62,837 nt of DNA from Dendrobates tinctorius. Its lineage: Eukaryota. A program made the position numbers and the translations under genes. The notes beneath the pieces were generated by a model. The model did not search any database. It was given only the letters and a program-made list of their open reading frames with translations, and had not been told where the DNA came from. The stretch is from the NCBI RefSeq assembly GCF_039654945.1, contig NW_027361964.1, positions 3,782,001-3,844,837 of the forward strand, given 5' to 3'. Shown here in pieces: positions 35,216-45,116 of the stretch. Every line of letters starts with the position of its first letter. Positions within the stretch are counted from its first letter, which is position 1.

Positions 35216-36773
35216 TATTTGGTGAAATTCAAAAAAAGTTAATTTGTTTCTCATTAATGTGCACTCTGAACCCCATCCTGACTGAAAACAAAACAGAAAT
35301 GGAGAAATTTTTGCAAATTAAAAAAGTAAAACAACTATCACATGGTCATAAGTATTCAGAACCTATGCTCAGTATTCAGTAGAAGCTCCTTTTGAGCTAG
35401 TACAGCCATGAGTCTTCTTGGGAATGATGCCACAAGTTTTTCACCCCTGGATTAGGGGATCCTCAGCCATTGTTCCTTGCAGATCCTCTCCAGTTCCGTC
35501 TGGTTGGATGGTGAACGTTGGTGGACAGCCATTTTGAGGTCTCTCCAGAGATGCTCCATTGGGTTTAGGTCAGGGATCTGGCTGGGCCAGTCAAGAATGG
35601 TCACAGAGTTGTTCTGAAGCCATTCCTTTGTTATTTTAGCTGAGTGCTTAGGGTCAGTCTTGTTGGAAGGTGAACCTTCGGCCAAGTCTGAGGTCCAGAG
35701 CACTTGTAAGAGGTTTTCACCCAGGATCTCTCTGTAATTGGCCACATTCATGTTTTCTTCAATGGCAACCAGTAGACCTGTTTCTGGAGCTGAGAAAAAC
35801 CCCCATAGCATGATGCTGCCACCACCATGTTTCACTGTTGGGATTGTATTGGGCAGGTGATGAGCAGTGCCTGGTTTTCTCCACACATACCGCTTAGAAT
35901 TATCACCAAAAAGGTCTATCTTCATCTCATCCGACCAGAGAATCTTATTTCTCATAGTCTTGGAGTCCTTCATGTGTTTCTTAAACTCTATGCGGGCTTT
36001 CATATGTCTTGCACTGAGGAATCTTCCATCAGGCCACTCTGCCATAAAGGCCCGACTGGTGGAGGGCTGCAGTGATAGTTGACTTTGTGGAACTTTCTCC
36101 CATCTCGCTGCTGCATCTATGGAGCTCATCCACAGTGATCTTGGGGTTCTTCTTTACCTCTCTCAACAAGGCTCTTCTCCCACGATTGCTCAGTTTGGCT
36201 GGACGGCCAGGTCTTGGAAGACTACTAGTGGTCCCAAACTTCTTCCATTTAAGGATTATGGAGGCCACTATGCTCTTAGGAACCTTGAGTACTGCAGAAA
36301 TTCTTTTGTAACCTTGGCCAGATCTGCGCCTTGCCACAATTCTGTCTCTGAGCTCCTTGGCCAGTTCCTTTGGCCTCATGATTCTCATTTGGTGTGACAT
36401 GCACTGTGAGCTGTGAGGTCTTATATAGACAGGTGTGCGCCTTTCCAAATCAAGTCCTATCAGTTTAATTACACACAGCTGGCATCCAATGAAGGAGTAG
36501 AACCATCTCAAGGAGGATCACAAGGAAATGGACAGCATGTGACTTATACATGAGTGTCTGAGCAAAGGGGCTGAATACTTATGACCATGTGATATTTCAG
36601 TTTTTCTTTTTAAATAAATTTGCAAAAATTTCTATATTTGTTTTTTTTTCAGTCAAGATGGGGGGCAGAGTGTACATTAATGAGAAAAAAAATGAACTTT
36701 TTTGAATTTACCAAATGGCTGCAATGAAACAGTGAAAAATGTAAAGGGGTGTGACTACTTTCTGTACCCACTG
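35216..36773 (-). mobile_element. Tc1/mariner (IR/DR-type) transposon with frameshifted DD34E transposase; outer part of one IR deleted
   Basis: MRPKELAKELRDRIVARRRSGQGYKRIS...PRPGRPAKL; ILWSDEMKIDLFG; TVKHGGGSIMLWG; WPSQIPDLNPMEHLW; long IRs 35216-35372 / 36558-36773; end CCCACTG followed by TA. Confidence 0.92.
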
Positions 36774-37667
36774 TATTCCCAGGACGCCGGTGATTATGAC
36801 TGATCATCTGCAGCATTCTCAGCACGCTGGTGATTACTGGTCCTCTGCAGCATATTCACAAGACACAGATGACTGCTCCTCTGCAGCACATTCACAAGAC
36901 ACTGATGATTGCTCCTCTGCAGCATATTACCAGGGCACCGGTGAGGACCGATCCTCCGCAGCATATTCCCAGGGCACCGGTGAGGACCGATCCTCCGCAG
37001 AATATTCCCAGGGCACCGGAGAGGACCGATCCTCCGCAGCATATTCCCAGGGCACCGGAGAGGACCGATCCTCCGCAGAATATTCCCAGGGCACCGGAGA
37101 GGACCGATCCTCTGCAGCATATTCCCAGGGCTCCGGTGAGGACAGATCCTCCGCAGCATATTCCCAGGGCACCGGAGAGGACCGATCCTCCGCAGCATAT
37201 TCCCAGGGCACCGGTGAGGACCGATCCTCCGCAGCATATTCCCAGGGCACCGGAGAGGACCGATCCTCCGCAGAATATTCCCAGGGCACCGGAGAGGACC
37301 GATCCTCCGTAGAATATTCCCAGGGCACCGGAGAGGACCGATCCTCCGCAGCATACTCCCAGGGCACCGGAGAGGACCGATCCTCCGCAGCATATTCCCA
37401 GGGCACCGGAGCGGACCGATCCTCCGCAGCATATTCCCAGGGCACCGGTGAGGACCGATCCTCCGCAGCATATTCCCAGGGCACCGGTGAGGACCGATCC
37501 TCCGCAGCATATTCCCAGGGCACCGGTGAGGACCGATCCTCCGCAGCATATTCCCAGGGCACCGGTGAGGACCGATCCTCCGCAGCATATTCCCAGGGCA
37601 CCGGTGAGGACTGATCCTCCGCAGCATATTCCCAGGGCACCGGTGAGGACCGATCCTCCGCAGCATA
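36774..37667. repeat. 39-bp minisatellite (TATTCCCAGGGCACCGGTGAGGACCGATCCTCCGCAGCA), about 19 clean plus several degenerate units
   Basis: Direct periodicity. Confidence 0.93.
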
Positions 37668-38060
37668 GTTCAAGAACATTGGTAATGATGCAATGTGGGT
37701 GTTTATAATGATCTCAGCCCTCAGCTTTGTCTCTGTCCGGATACATGACTCTTTGTGATGGGCAGTTTTACATTGTCGCCCTGTGGGGTTGCTTAGTTGT
37801 GTTCTGGGTTAATGAGACCACATTTTCAGGTCAATATACCGCAGATAATAAACCAGAGCACCAATGCTTCTACTAAACTTCCATCACTAAAGGATGAGTG
37901 GCAGGTATGAGGCATACTGATTGGCAAACACAGATGGGAATCCAGAAGATGGGTGAAGTCTATGAAGCACGAGGCCCTTAGTCATTCATTATTCAGAGAA
38001 AATCTGTAGTGAATCGCACCAGACATAAGTAGTGCCCGGTTCTATCATGGGCGTCTACAT

Positions 38061-38239
38061 CAGAGGTCTCAAACTGAATTCCTCAAGGGCCGCAAACAGG
38101 TCATGTTTTCATGATGTCCTTGTATTGCACAGGTGATAATTTAATCACCTGCACAATGATTCCAGCACTTTGCGCAATTCAAGGAAATCCTGAAAACATA
38201 ACCTGTTTGCAGCCCTTGGAATGCAGTTTGAGACCCCTG
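38061..38239. mobile_element. hAT-type MITE (179 bp, palindromic)
   Basis: TIR CAGAGGTCTCAAACTG / CAGTTTGAGACCCCTG; degenerate 8-bp TSD GTCTACAT / GCCTACTT. Confidence 0.85.
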
Positions 38240-38309
38240 GCCTACTTCATCAGATTCCTTCCAAGTGCCGAGACCCCTTACAGACTGCTCCGCAGGCGCT
38301 CCGTGCCTC

Positions 38310-39416
38310 TTATCTAGCCAAGCGGTGCTTGACATTTATGGAGGGAATAACCATTTGCAAATTTTTCCTACATGGCCAGAATTTAGTTTTGTGTGGAGAG
38401 TATTCCCATGAGACACAGCGTTCAGCCAGGGTGTACTTCGTAACTAAACATGATGGACTCCTATGCTGTGAACACCGTGACCAGGGCTCGGTCCATGGAG
38501 AACGTTTTCCTTCTATTAGATCAGAAACAGGCGTCGTGGTGGATAATGGGGATGATACGTTAGATGTGGCAACCATACAGTGCTGCCTGTACACAGCTTG
38601 CTCTGTGAGCTCATAGGCCCTGAACATTAAACCTACAGTGCAGCATGCGAGCAGCAACTTGTACACTAAGCCCCTTCCCTCACCTTGCCCAGTGCTTTAC
38701 ATGTGCCCACAGAAAGATTCTCCTAATGAAGTCCATTAGTTTTTCTGCACAGTAAGGTACCCATCCCATGGCGCTTACAGTACCCCCGGCATGCAGTAGT
38801 CTTGTGACCTGCAGGTCCTTCAGCCTCTCCATGGATGGAATTAGGAGCAGATATCTGGCTGGGTATATGCCTAGCAGCTGCACAAAGGGGCATGTGTTCA
38901 ATAGAAAAGTCCCATCTCACATACAAGAAACTTCCGCTTCTTTTATGACCTAAAGCTTCTTAATCCCGAAAGGTCCCTTTAAGGCTACTTTCACACTAGC
39001 ATCGTGCGACGTACGTCGCAATGCGTCGTTTTGGAGAAAATTTTCTCCATAGAGTTGCATTAGCGACGCATTACGACGTATGTCCACACGTCGCATCCAT
39101 CGTGCGACAGATGCGTCGTGTTTTGGCGGCCGCGACTCGCACAAAAACGTTACATGTAACTTCTTTTGTATGTCGCGTCCGCCATTTTCGACCGCGCATG
39201 TGCGGCCGAAACTCCGCCCCCTCCTCCCTGGACATTACAATGGGGCAGCGGATGCGTTCAAAACTGCATTCGCTGCCCCCGTTGTGCAAAACTTTCACAA
39301 CGTGTGTCGGTACATCGCCCCGACGCATGGCGACGTACGGAGCACGACGCTAGTGTGAAAGTAGCCTAAAATGCACTTACCAGGATCAACAAAATGTAGC
39401 TGAAGGCAGGAACCAT
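38310..39416 (-). CDS. Candidate unrecognised 3-exon gene, 179 aa, signal-peptide-like N-terminus (exons 39416-39381, 38877-38684, 38619-38310)
   Basis: Canonical GTAAGT/CAG and GTGAGG/CAG introns with matching phases (0, 2) and no internal stops; no family recognised. Confidence 0.35.
38983..39366. mobile_element. PIF/Harbinger-type MITE (384 bp)
   Basis: TIR GGCTACTTTCACACTAGC / GCTAGTGTGAAAGTAGCC; TAA target duplication on both sides. Confidence 0.92.
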
Positions 39417-39929
39417 GAGCCCCCCGTCCCCACCGCCTGAGGCTTCCTGCAGGCATTAGTTTATTGTCTGCAGCAGCAATGAAGGGAGACAGCCTGGGAC
39501 CACCACAGAGACCCACGATGCTCAAGTGGCAGGGAACAAGGGCAGCCATCACGGCCCGATAGCACACATTGTTATCTTCCCTGATGTAAATGGCCCCCTC
39601 TCTTCTGAGGACTGACACAGGTCCACAGTTTAGCCCACACTAACACGGCACAGATCACACTGATCAGGGTTACATTGGTGTAATGTCACAGAGGTCAAAA
39701 ACAACAATCACCTCAATTCCAAACTGTACCCCAAATCCTCAGATTCATAACATTAAATATAATCCAGTTCCAATCTTCAGTGCAGGAGATGACGTCAGCG
39801 GCGTAATGAAATGTATCATGCTGAATATAAAGGAAGTCGCCACTACAGGCGCAGCAACGATTAGAGACGGAATGGGCAGTCAGTGAAAGGTGCAGAACTT
39901 GGTAAAGTTGTACTGTGGATGAAACTCAT

Positions 39930-40370
39930 AGCGGGTGGAGCAGAGGGAGGAGCTCATTATGGGGGTGGATCAGAGAGAGGAGCCCATGATAGGGGTGGAT
40001 CAGAGCTCAAGATAGGGGTGGAGCAAAGAGAGGGGCTCATGATGGGGTGGGGCAAAGGGAGGAGCTCATTATGGGGGTAAAGCAAAGGGAGGAGCTCATG
40101 ATAGGCGTGGAGCAAAGGGAGGAGCTCATTATGGGGTGGAGAAGAGGGATAAGCTCATTATAGTGGTGGAGCAAAGGGAGGAGCTCATTATGGGGGTGAT
40201 GAGGGAGGAGCTGATTATGGGGTGGAGCAGAGGGAGGAGCTCATTATAGTGGTGGAGCAAAGGGAGGAGCTCATTATTGTGCTGGAGCAAAGGGAGGAGC
40301 TCATTATGGGGGTGGAGCTGAGGGAAAAGCTCATTATAGGAGTGGAGTGTATTAGGGAGGCGATCATTAT
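39930..40370. repeat. Degenerate ~30-bp purine-rich tandem repeat (GGGGTGGAGCAAAGGGAGGAGCTCATTAT)
   Basis: Direct periodicity. Confidence 0.85.
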
Positions 40371-41124
40371 AACGGAGGCTAACATGGAGCAGGAGAAGAG
40401 TAGGACATGCAAAGAGTGAATGCATTACATTTATCAATCTCAGCACAGATCACGTCTCACCTTATAGACGAAGATAAATATACATGTATATACACAAGTC
40501 TTAGGACCATATTGTCCTTTGTTCACCAGAGCTCAGTCTTTACGAGGACAGAACAATCAAAGAATCACGTAAAAAAAGAAGGCGACGCAACCAAAATATA
40601 TACAAAAAAAAAAAAAAGTGAAATGTGGGGAGGAGGCATCATGCATCTCAATACAGGGACTATGATCAAGTGCTACCCCTAGAAAGGATGTAAACGAGGA
40701 CCTTCCATTCATTTCCACGTGGAGTGCAAAATGTGACAACTGCTTCCTGCTTGTCCACAAGGCACCGCCATGGGCACATCACAGGGGCCAGCTCATGGCA
40801 GTATAATGCAGGTGTCAGAGAGATAAAAGGCATGCAGGAAATGAGGTCTTAAGTCATTTTCTCCTCTTGTGCAAAGCACACTGTTGAGATGTCATAGATG
40901 ACTCAGGGCCACTGTCCCACACGTCTATATACAGAGGAAGCTGCGGTTCCGAGATCAAGCTGTGCAAAAAAAAAAAAAAAAAAGTGCCTTGGAGTGAAGG
41001 ATTTCCAGTTTCGAGGTTTCCTATGACAAAGCGCAAGGGTTTACTATTCCCCTTGTTGACACAGCAGAGCCAAGGTCCACATGACCACAGTCCATAAGAC
41101 TCTAGAATGACCAACAAGCGCCTC

Positions 41125-41739
41125 TCAGAAGTAAGTGTCATGAGCTGCACTACAGTCTGTAGCCCCAGAGCCACTGTTTCGTGGGGAATCTGTTGCTGAA
41201 GATTCTTTGCGCCTGAAGGAGAATTTCCGTTCCTTCTTCTGTCGGGACTCTGCTTTCTCTCGTTCTTTCTGCACTCGCTTTTCCTCCTTTTCTTTCTGTT
41301 TTTCCCGCTCTCTCTCCTTCTTCCGCTCTTCTCGCTCCTCTTTTTCTCTCTTCTTTTCTTGCTCACGCTCTTCTTTCTCTCTTTTTTTCTCTGGCTTCTC
41401 CTTGCCCTTCTTAGTAGCATCTTTGGGTGGTCCGAGAGGAGCCTTGTTGGAGGTGGGAGATGGCAGTGCAGGGCGCAGTCCTTCAGATACCACCAACGAT
41501 TCTGGCTGGGCAGCGGGTGCTGGTGTGGCCGGTGGGGAAGGTCGTCGAATGCTAGACAGGCTAAGCCGGCTGCCACTGAGTGTGGGATTGAGACGCAGCT
41601 TCTCTTCATGGATCTGCCTGGCTCCATGTAAACGTCGAGAGGATCGGTATTGTAACTCTCCTCGATTCTCCCTCCATTTCCGTAACTGAGTGTTGCTCTC
41701 TCTCTCGATTAATGAATCGGTGACAGGAAGAGAACTCAC
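41125..41739 (-). CDS. TBC1D10B: TBC1D10B exon 9 (C-terminal charged coiled coil, ends DTYF)
   Basis: VSSLPVTDSLIERESNTQLRKWRENRGELQYRSSRRLHGARQIHEE matches TBC1D10B; KE/RE-rich tail; PDZ-type C-terminus. Confidence 0.93.
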   Translation of the reverse strand: MSSLPVTDSLIERESNTQLRKWRENRGELQYRSSRRLHGARQIHEEKLRLNPTLSGSRLSLSSIRRPSPPATPAPAAQPESLVVSEGLRPALPSPTSNKAPLGPPKDATKKGKEKPEKKREKEEREQEKKREKEEREERKKEREREKQKEKEEKRVQKEREKAESRQKKERKFSFRRKESSATDSPRNSGSGATDCSAAHDTYF

Positions 41740-41820
41740 CTGTGAAAACAGAAATTGCTGTGAAGACCTCCCTAAAATAAGGGCCCCTCAATGAGAAGGT
41801 ACTGGCGGTGCAGAGCTCAC

Positions 41821-41975
41821 CTCAGGGAGCAGGACCTCCTCCTGCATACAGTAAACCGGAAGACTACGCAGCTTCTCCATAGTCTCGTACATCCCTTGAC
41901 AACTGCGCAGCTTGTCCACTGAGCCCAGAGTGTGTCGCAGTAACACCAACCCCACACGAAATACGATCTTCACCC
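41821..41975 (-). CDS. TBC1D10B: TBC1D10B exon 8
   Basis: GVKIVFRVGLVLLRHTLGSVDKLRSCQGMYETMEKLRSLP; canonical splice sites, phase 1 to 0. Confidence 0.95.
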
Positions 41976-42045
41976 CTTCAATAAGATATACATTAACAGA
42001 GTGATGTAGAACGAGACCCTCCCATACTTTATCACGCCCTCATAC

Positions 42046-42235
42046 CTTCACAGAAGAACATGTCCCACACACGCAGCACAGAGACCCAGGGTAACGTGCG
42101 GGAGAAGATGCACATGAACCACTCCGTCATATACAGGATGGGATCAATCTTAAACTTCTTCAGATGTCTATAGGCCATGGGGCAAATCCTGCGCAACAGG
42201 GCAAAGAAAATCTCTCCATCCAGCTGTATGGCTTC
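42046..42235 (-). CDS. TBC1D10B: TBC1D10B exon 7
   Basis: [64 protein letters not shown]. Confidence 0.96.
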
Positions 42236-42339
42236 CTAAAGGATGACAACAAGAGGAAAACTGAGCCTGGCATGAAGCAGGTCACAGCCAACCTGCGGGA
42301 CCGAGAGGCGCCAACATGCGAGACGCCGACGGACGGCTA

Positions 42340-43010
42340 AGGCACCGAGCGGCGCGCCGACGTGCGGGACGGGCAAGGCACCGAGCGGCGCGCCGACGTG
42401 CGGGACGGGCAAGGCACCGAGCGGCGCGCCGACGTGCGGGACGGGCAAGGCACCGAGCGGCGCGCCGACGTGCGGGACGGGCAAGGCACCGAGCGGCGCG
42501 CCGACGTGCGGGACGGGCAAGGCACCGAGCGGCGCGCCGACGTGCGGGACGGGCAAGGCACCGAGCGGCGCGCCGACGTGCGGGACGGGCAAGGCACCGA
42601 GCGGCGCGCCGACGTGCGGGACGGGCAAGGCACCGAGCGGCGCGCCGACGTGCGGGACGGGCAAGGCACCGAGCGGCGCGCCGACGTGCGGGACGGGCAA
42701 GGCACCGAGCGGCGCGCCGACGTGCGGGACGGGCAAGGCACCGAGCGGCGCGCCGACGTGCGGGACGGGCAAGGCACCGAGCGGCGCGCCGACGTGCGGG
42801 ACGGGCAAGGCACCGAGCGGCGCGCCGACGTGCGGGACGGGCAAGGCACCGAGCGGCGCGCCGACGTGCGGGACGGGCAAGGCACCAAGCGGCGCGCCGA
42901 CGTGCGGGACGGGCAAGGCACCGAGCGGCGCGCCGACGTGCGGGACGGGCGAGGCACCGACATGCGGGACGGGCGAGGCACCGAGAGGCGCCGACATGCG
43001 GGACGGGCAA
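42340..43010. repeat. 36-bp CpG-rich minisatellite, about 18 copies, TBC1D10B intron 6
   Basis: GGCACCGAGCGGCGCGCCGACGTGCGGGACGGGCAA repeated. Confidence 0.95.
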
Positions 43011-43301
43011 GGGACTAAGAGGTGCTGACAAACTACACTGGCAATGGACTGAGGGGTGCAGACATGCAAAATGAATAAGGGAATAAGCGGTGCTGATATG
43101 TGGCATGGGCAAATGACTGAGGAGCGCCAACATGTGGCATGGGCAAGCGAATGAGGGGAGCAGACATGCGGTGCGGGAAACAGTAGCATGAATTTGCAGG
43201 ACAGACAAGGGACTGATGGGCACTGATACGTAGGAAAAGCAGGACTGATAGTACATACATATGTAGATACAGGCAGTGTAAGGAAGGAGGATGGGACTCA
43301 C

Positions 43302-43367
43302 CAGGCCGGCGCTGTAATATCCCGGTAGATACTTGTCACAGATCTGAACTAGGCACCAGAACGCTTG
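43302..43367 (-). CDS. TBC1D10B: TBC1D10B exon 6
   Basis: QAFWCLVQICDKYLPGYYSAGL; AG/GTGAG. Confidence 0.96.
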
Positions 43368-43772
43368 CTGAGGGCAACACAATGAGAATGAAGCAATCAG
43401 TATTTTACTTCCCGTACTGCAAGTGGACACCCCTGCTACGTCCAATCCACCCCACTACAGCTGGGCCACAACTGCAACGGCCTGGCCACCCCCACTACAG
43501 CTGGGCCATAACTACGACTGGGCCACCCCCACTACGGCCAGGCCAAAACTGCAACGGCCTGGCCACCCCCACTACAGCTGGGCCACAACTGTAACAGCCG
43601 GGCCACCCCCACTACAGCTGGGCCACAACTGCAACAGTAGGGCCGCCCCACCCCACAGCTAATTCATTTTGTTATCCTGCAATACATGGAGAGGGGCTCT
43701 GTGTTTCCACCTTATTCAGCCGCCTCTCCTCCATAGCACCAGCCTCATACAGGGTCACTGGTAAGAAGTTAC

Positions 43773-43887
43773 CTCAGCCGGCATGTGCATGAGTAGCACC
43801 GCTGCCACCGGAGCCTGTGCCTGGCAGTATCCTTCTTCTGGTCGGTATACTGTATATGCCTTCAGGATGCGATACAGATCCTGCTGC
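43773..43887 (-). CDS. TBC1D10B: TBC1D10B exon 5 (Q-finger YCQ)
   Basis: [38 protein letters not shown]. Confidence 0.96.
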
Positions 43888-44360
43888 CTGCAAGGGGAGA
43901 ACAGAGAAAGGACACGGGAGAAAGTCCACCTACAAGTCACCAGCTTCTCCAGGAGGATGTAAAAGTATGTATGTGTCAATACCTATCCTGCTGCACAGCA
44001 ACGTCTCCATACACCCCACAACTAACCAATGAGCCCCACCCCACGTCCTGCATCATCTCAAAGGTGTGACAACCCACATCCTGCCCCATCTCACGGGTGA
44101 GCCCCACCCCACGTCCTGCATCATCTCAATGGTGTGACAACCCACATCCTGCCCCATCTCACGGGTGAGCCCCACCCCACCCGCGGGCCCCACTCCACGT
44201 CCTGCCCCATGTCACCCGCGGGCCCCACTCCACGTCCTGCCCCATGTCACCATGTCCCCCCTCTCACCCGTGTTTCCCCCACCCTGCCCCATCTCACCTG
44301 TGTTCCACGGCATCCTACCCCCATCCGACCAGTTTCCCTCCACATCCTGCCCCACCTCAC

Positions 44361-44467
44361 CCATGTCCTCCTCGTGCTGCAAACATCTCATGAAAAGGAA
44401 ATTGCCGGTGAAGATCTTTTTCGATGACATCCAGCCACTTGGGGTCTCCTTGTTGTCGCTCCATTTC
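44361..44467 (-). CDS. TBC1D10B: TBC1D10B exon 4 (R-finger IEKDLHR)
   Basis: [36 protein letters not shown]. Confidence 0.96.
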
Positions 44468-44557
44468 CTACAATTGTAAGTAAAAGCATCAAATCCCGAG
44501 CGGCAACAACCAAAGAGGAGCGGCCGCCCTGCAGTGCATCAGCCTGGCACCACTCAC

Positions 44558-44665
44558 CTCGAATTTCCCAGGATTTTTTATCAGAAGTTCATGGCTGTTA
44601 GAGAGGTACTGCCAGGCTTTGGCCCTGAGGGATGAGGGGATCCCCTTCCTGCATCTCAGCTTCAC
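44558..44665 (-). CDS. TBC1D10B: TBC1D10B exon 3
   Basis: VKLRCRKGIPSSLRAKAWQYLSNSHELLIKNPGKFE. Confidence 0.96.
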
Positions 44666-44807
44666 CTGCGGACAAAGATCTACAGTGAAACAAACGAGGG
44701 GACGATATATCGAGCAGCAGCCATAAAGTGAGAGCCTCCCCCCAGCAAGTCACTGCCAACAGGTTCCCCGTACGCCACAGCCCATTGTCCACATCCCATC
44801 ATCTCAC

Positions 44808-44907
44808 CTTCTGGAATCGCCTCGTCAGCCATTTGTCCCAATTACTGAACATATCTAACCATTTCAGTTCTCGCTGTCGAGCAATTTCCACGGGAATGGC
44901 AGTCTCG
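44808..44907 (-). CDS. TBC1D10B: TBC1D10B exon 2
   Basis: ETAIPVEIARQRELKWLDMFSNWDKWLTRRFQK. Confidence 0.96.
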
Positions 44908-45116
44908 CTGCAAAAAGAAGAGAAGCGACTAAATCCATGCCTCCCTGTCACTGCCACGCGCCTCGTCACACATCCGGTGCCGCTGCCAAGAGCCTTGTCA
45001 TGCATTCGGTGCCACCGCCATGCGCCTCGTCAAACCCTCGGAATCAACACCACACGCCTCGTCATAGTCCCATATCACGCCTCAGTCAGACCATTATAGC
45101 AGGTGCTGGCACTGAC

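Noticed and set aside
36751-37679. Ice-nucleation-like YSQGTGEDRSSAA repeat ORF
   Set aside because: 39-bp minisatellite; the ORF start lies in the Tc1 terminal repeat and several frames are open
41207-41689. Plus-strand ORFs over TBC1D10B exon 9
   Set aside because: Antisense shadow of the low-complexity KE/RE coding region
42236-43445. Arg/Ala-rich ORFs in TBC1D10B intron 6
   Set aside because: 36-bp intronic minisatellite; only the 66-nt exon 6 within this span is coding
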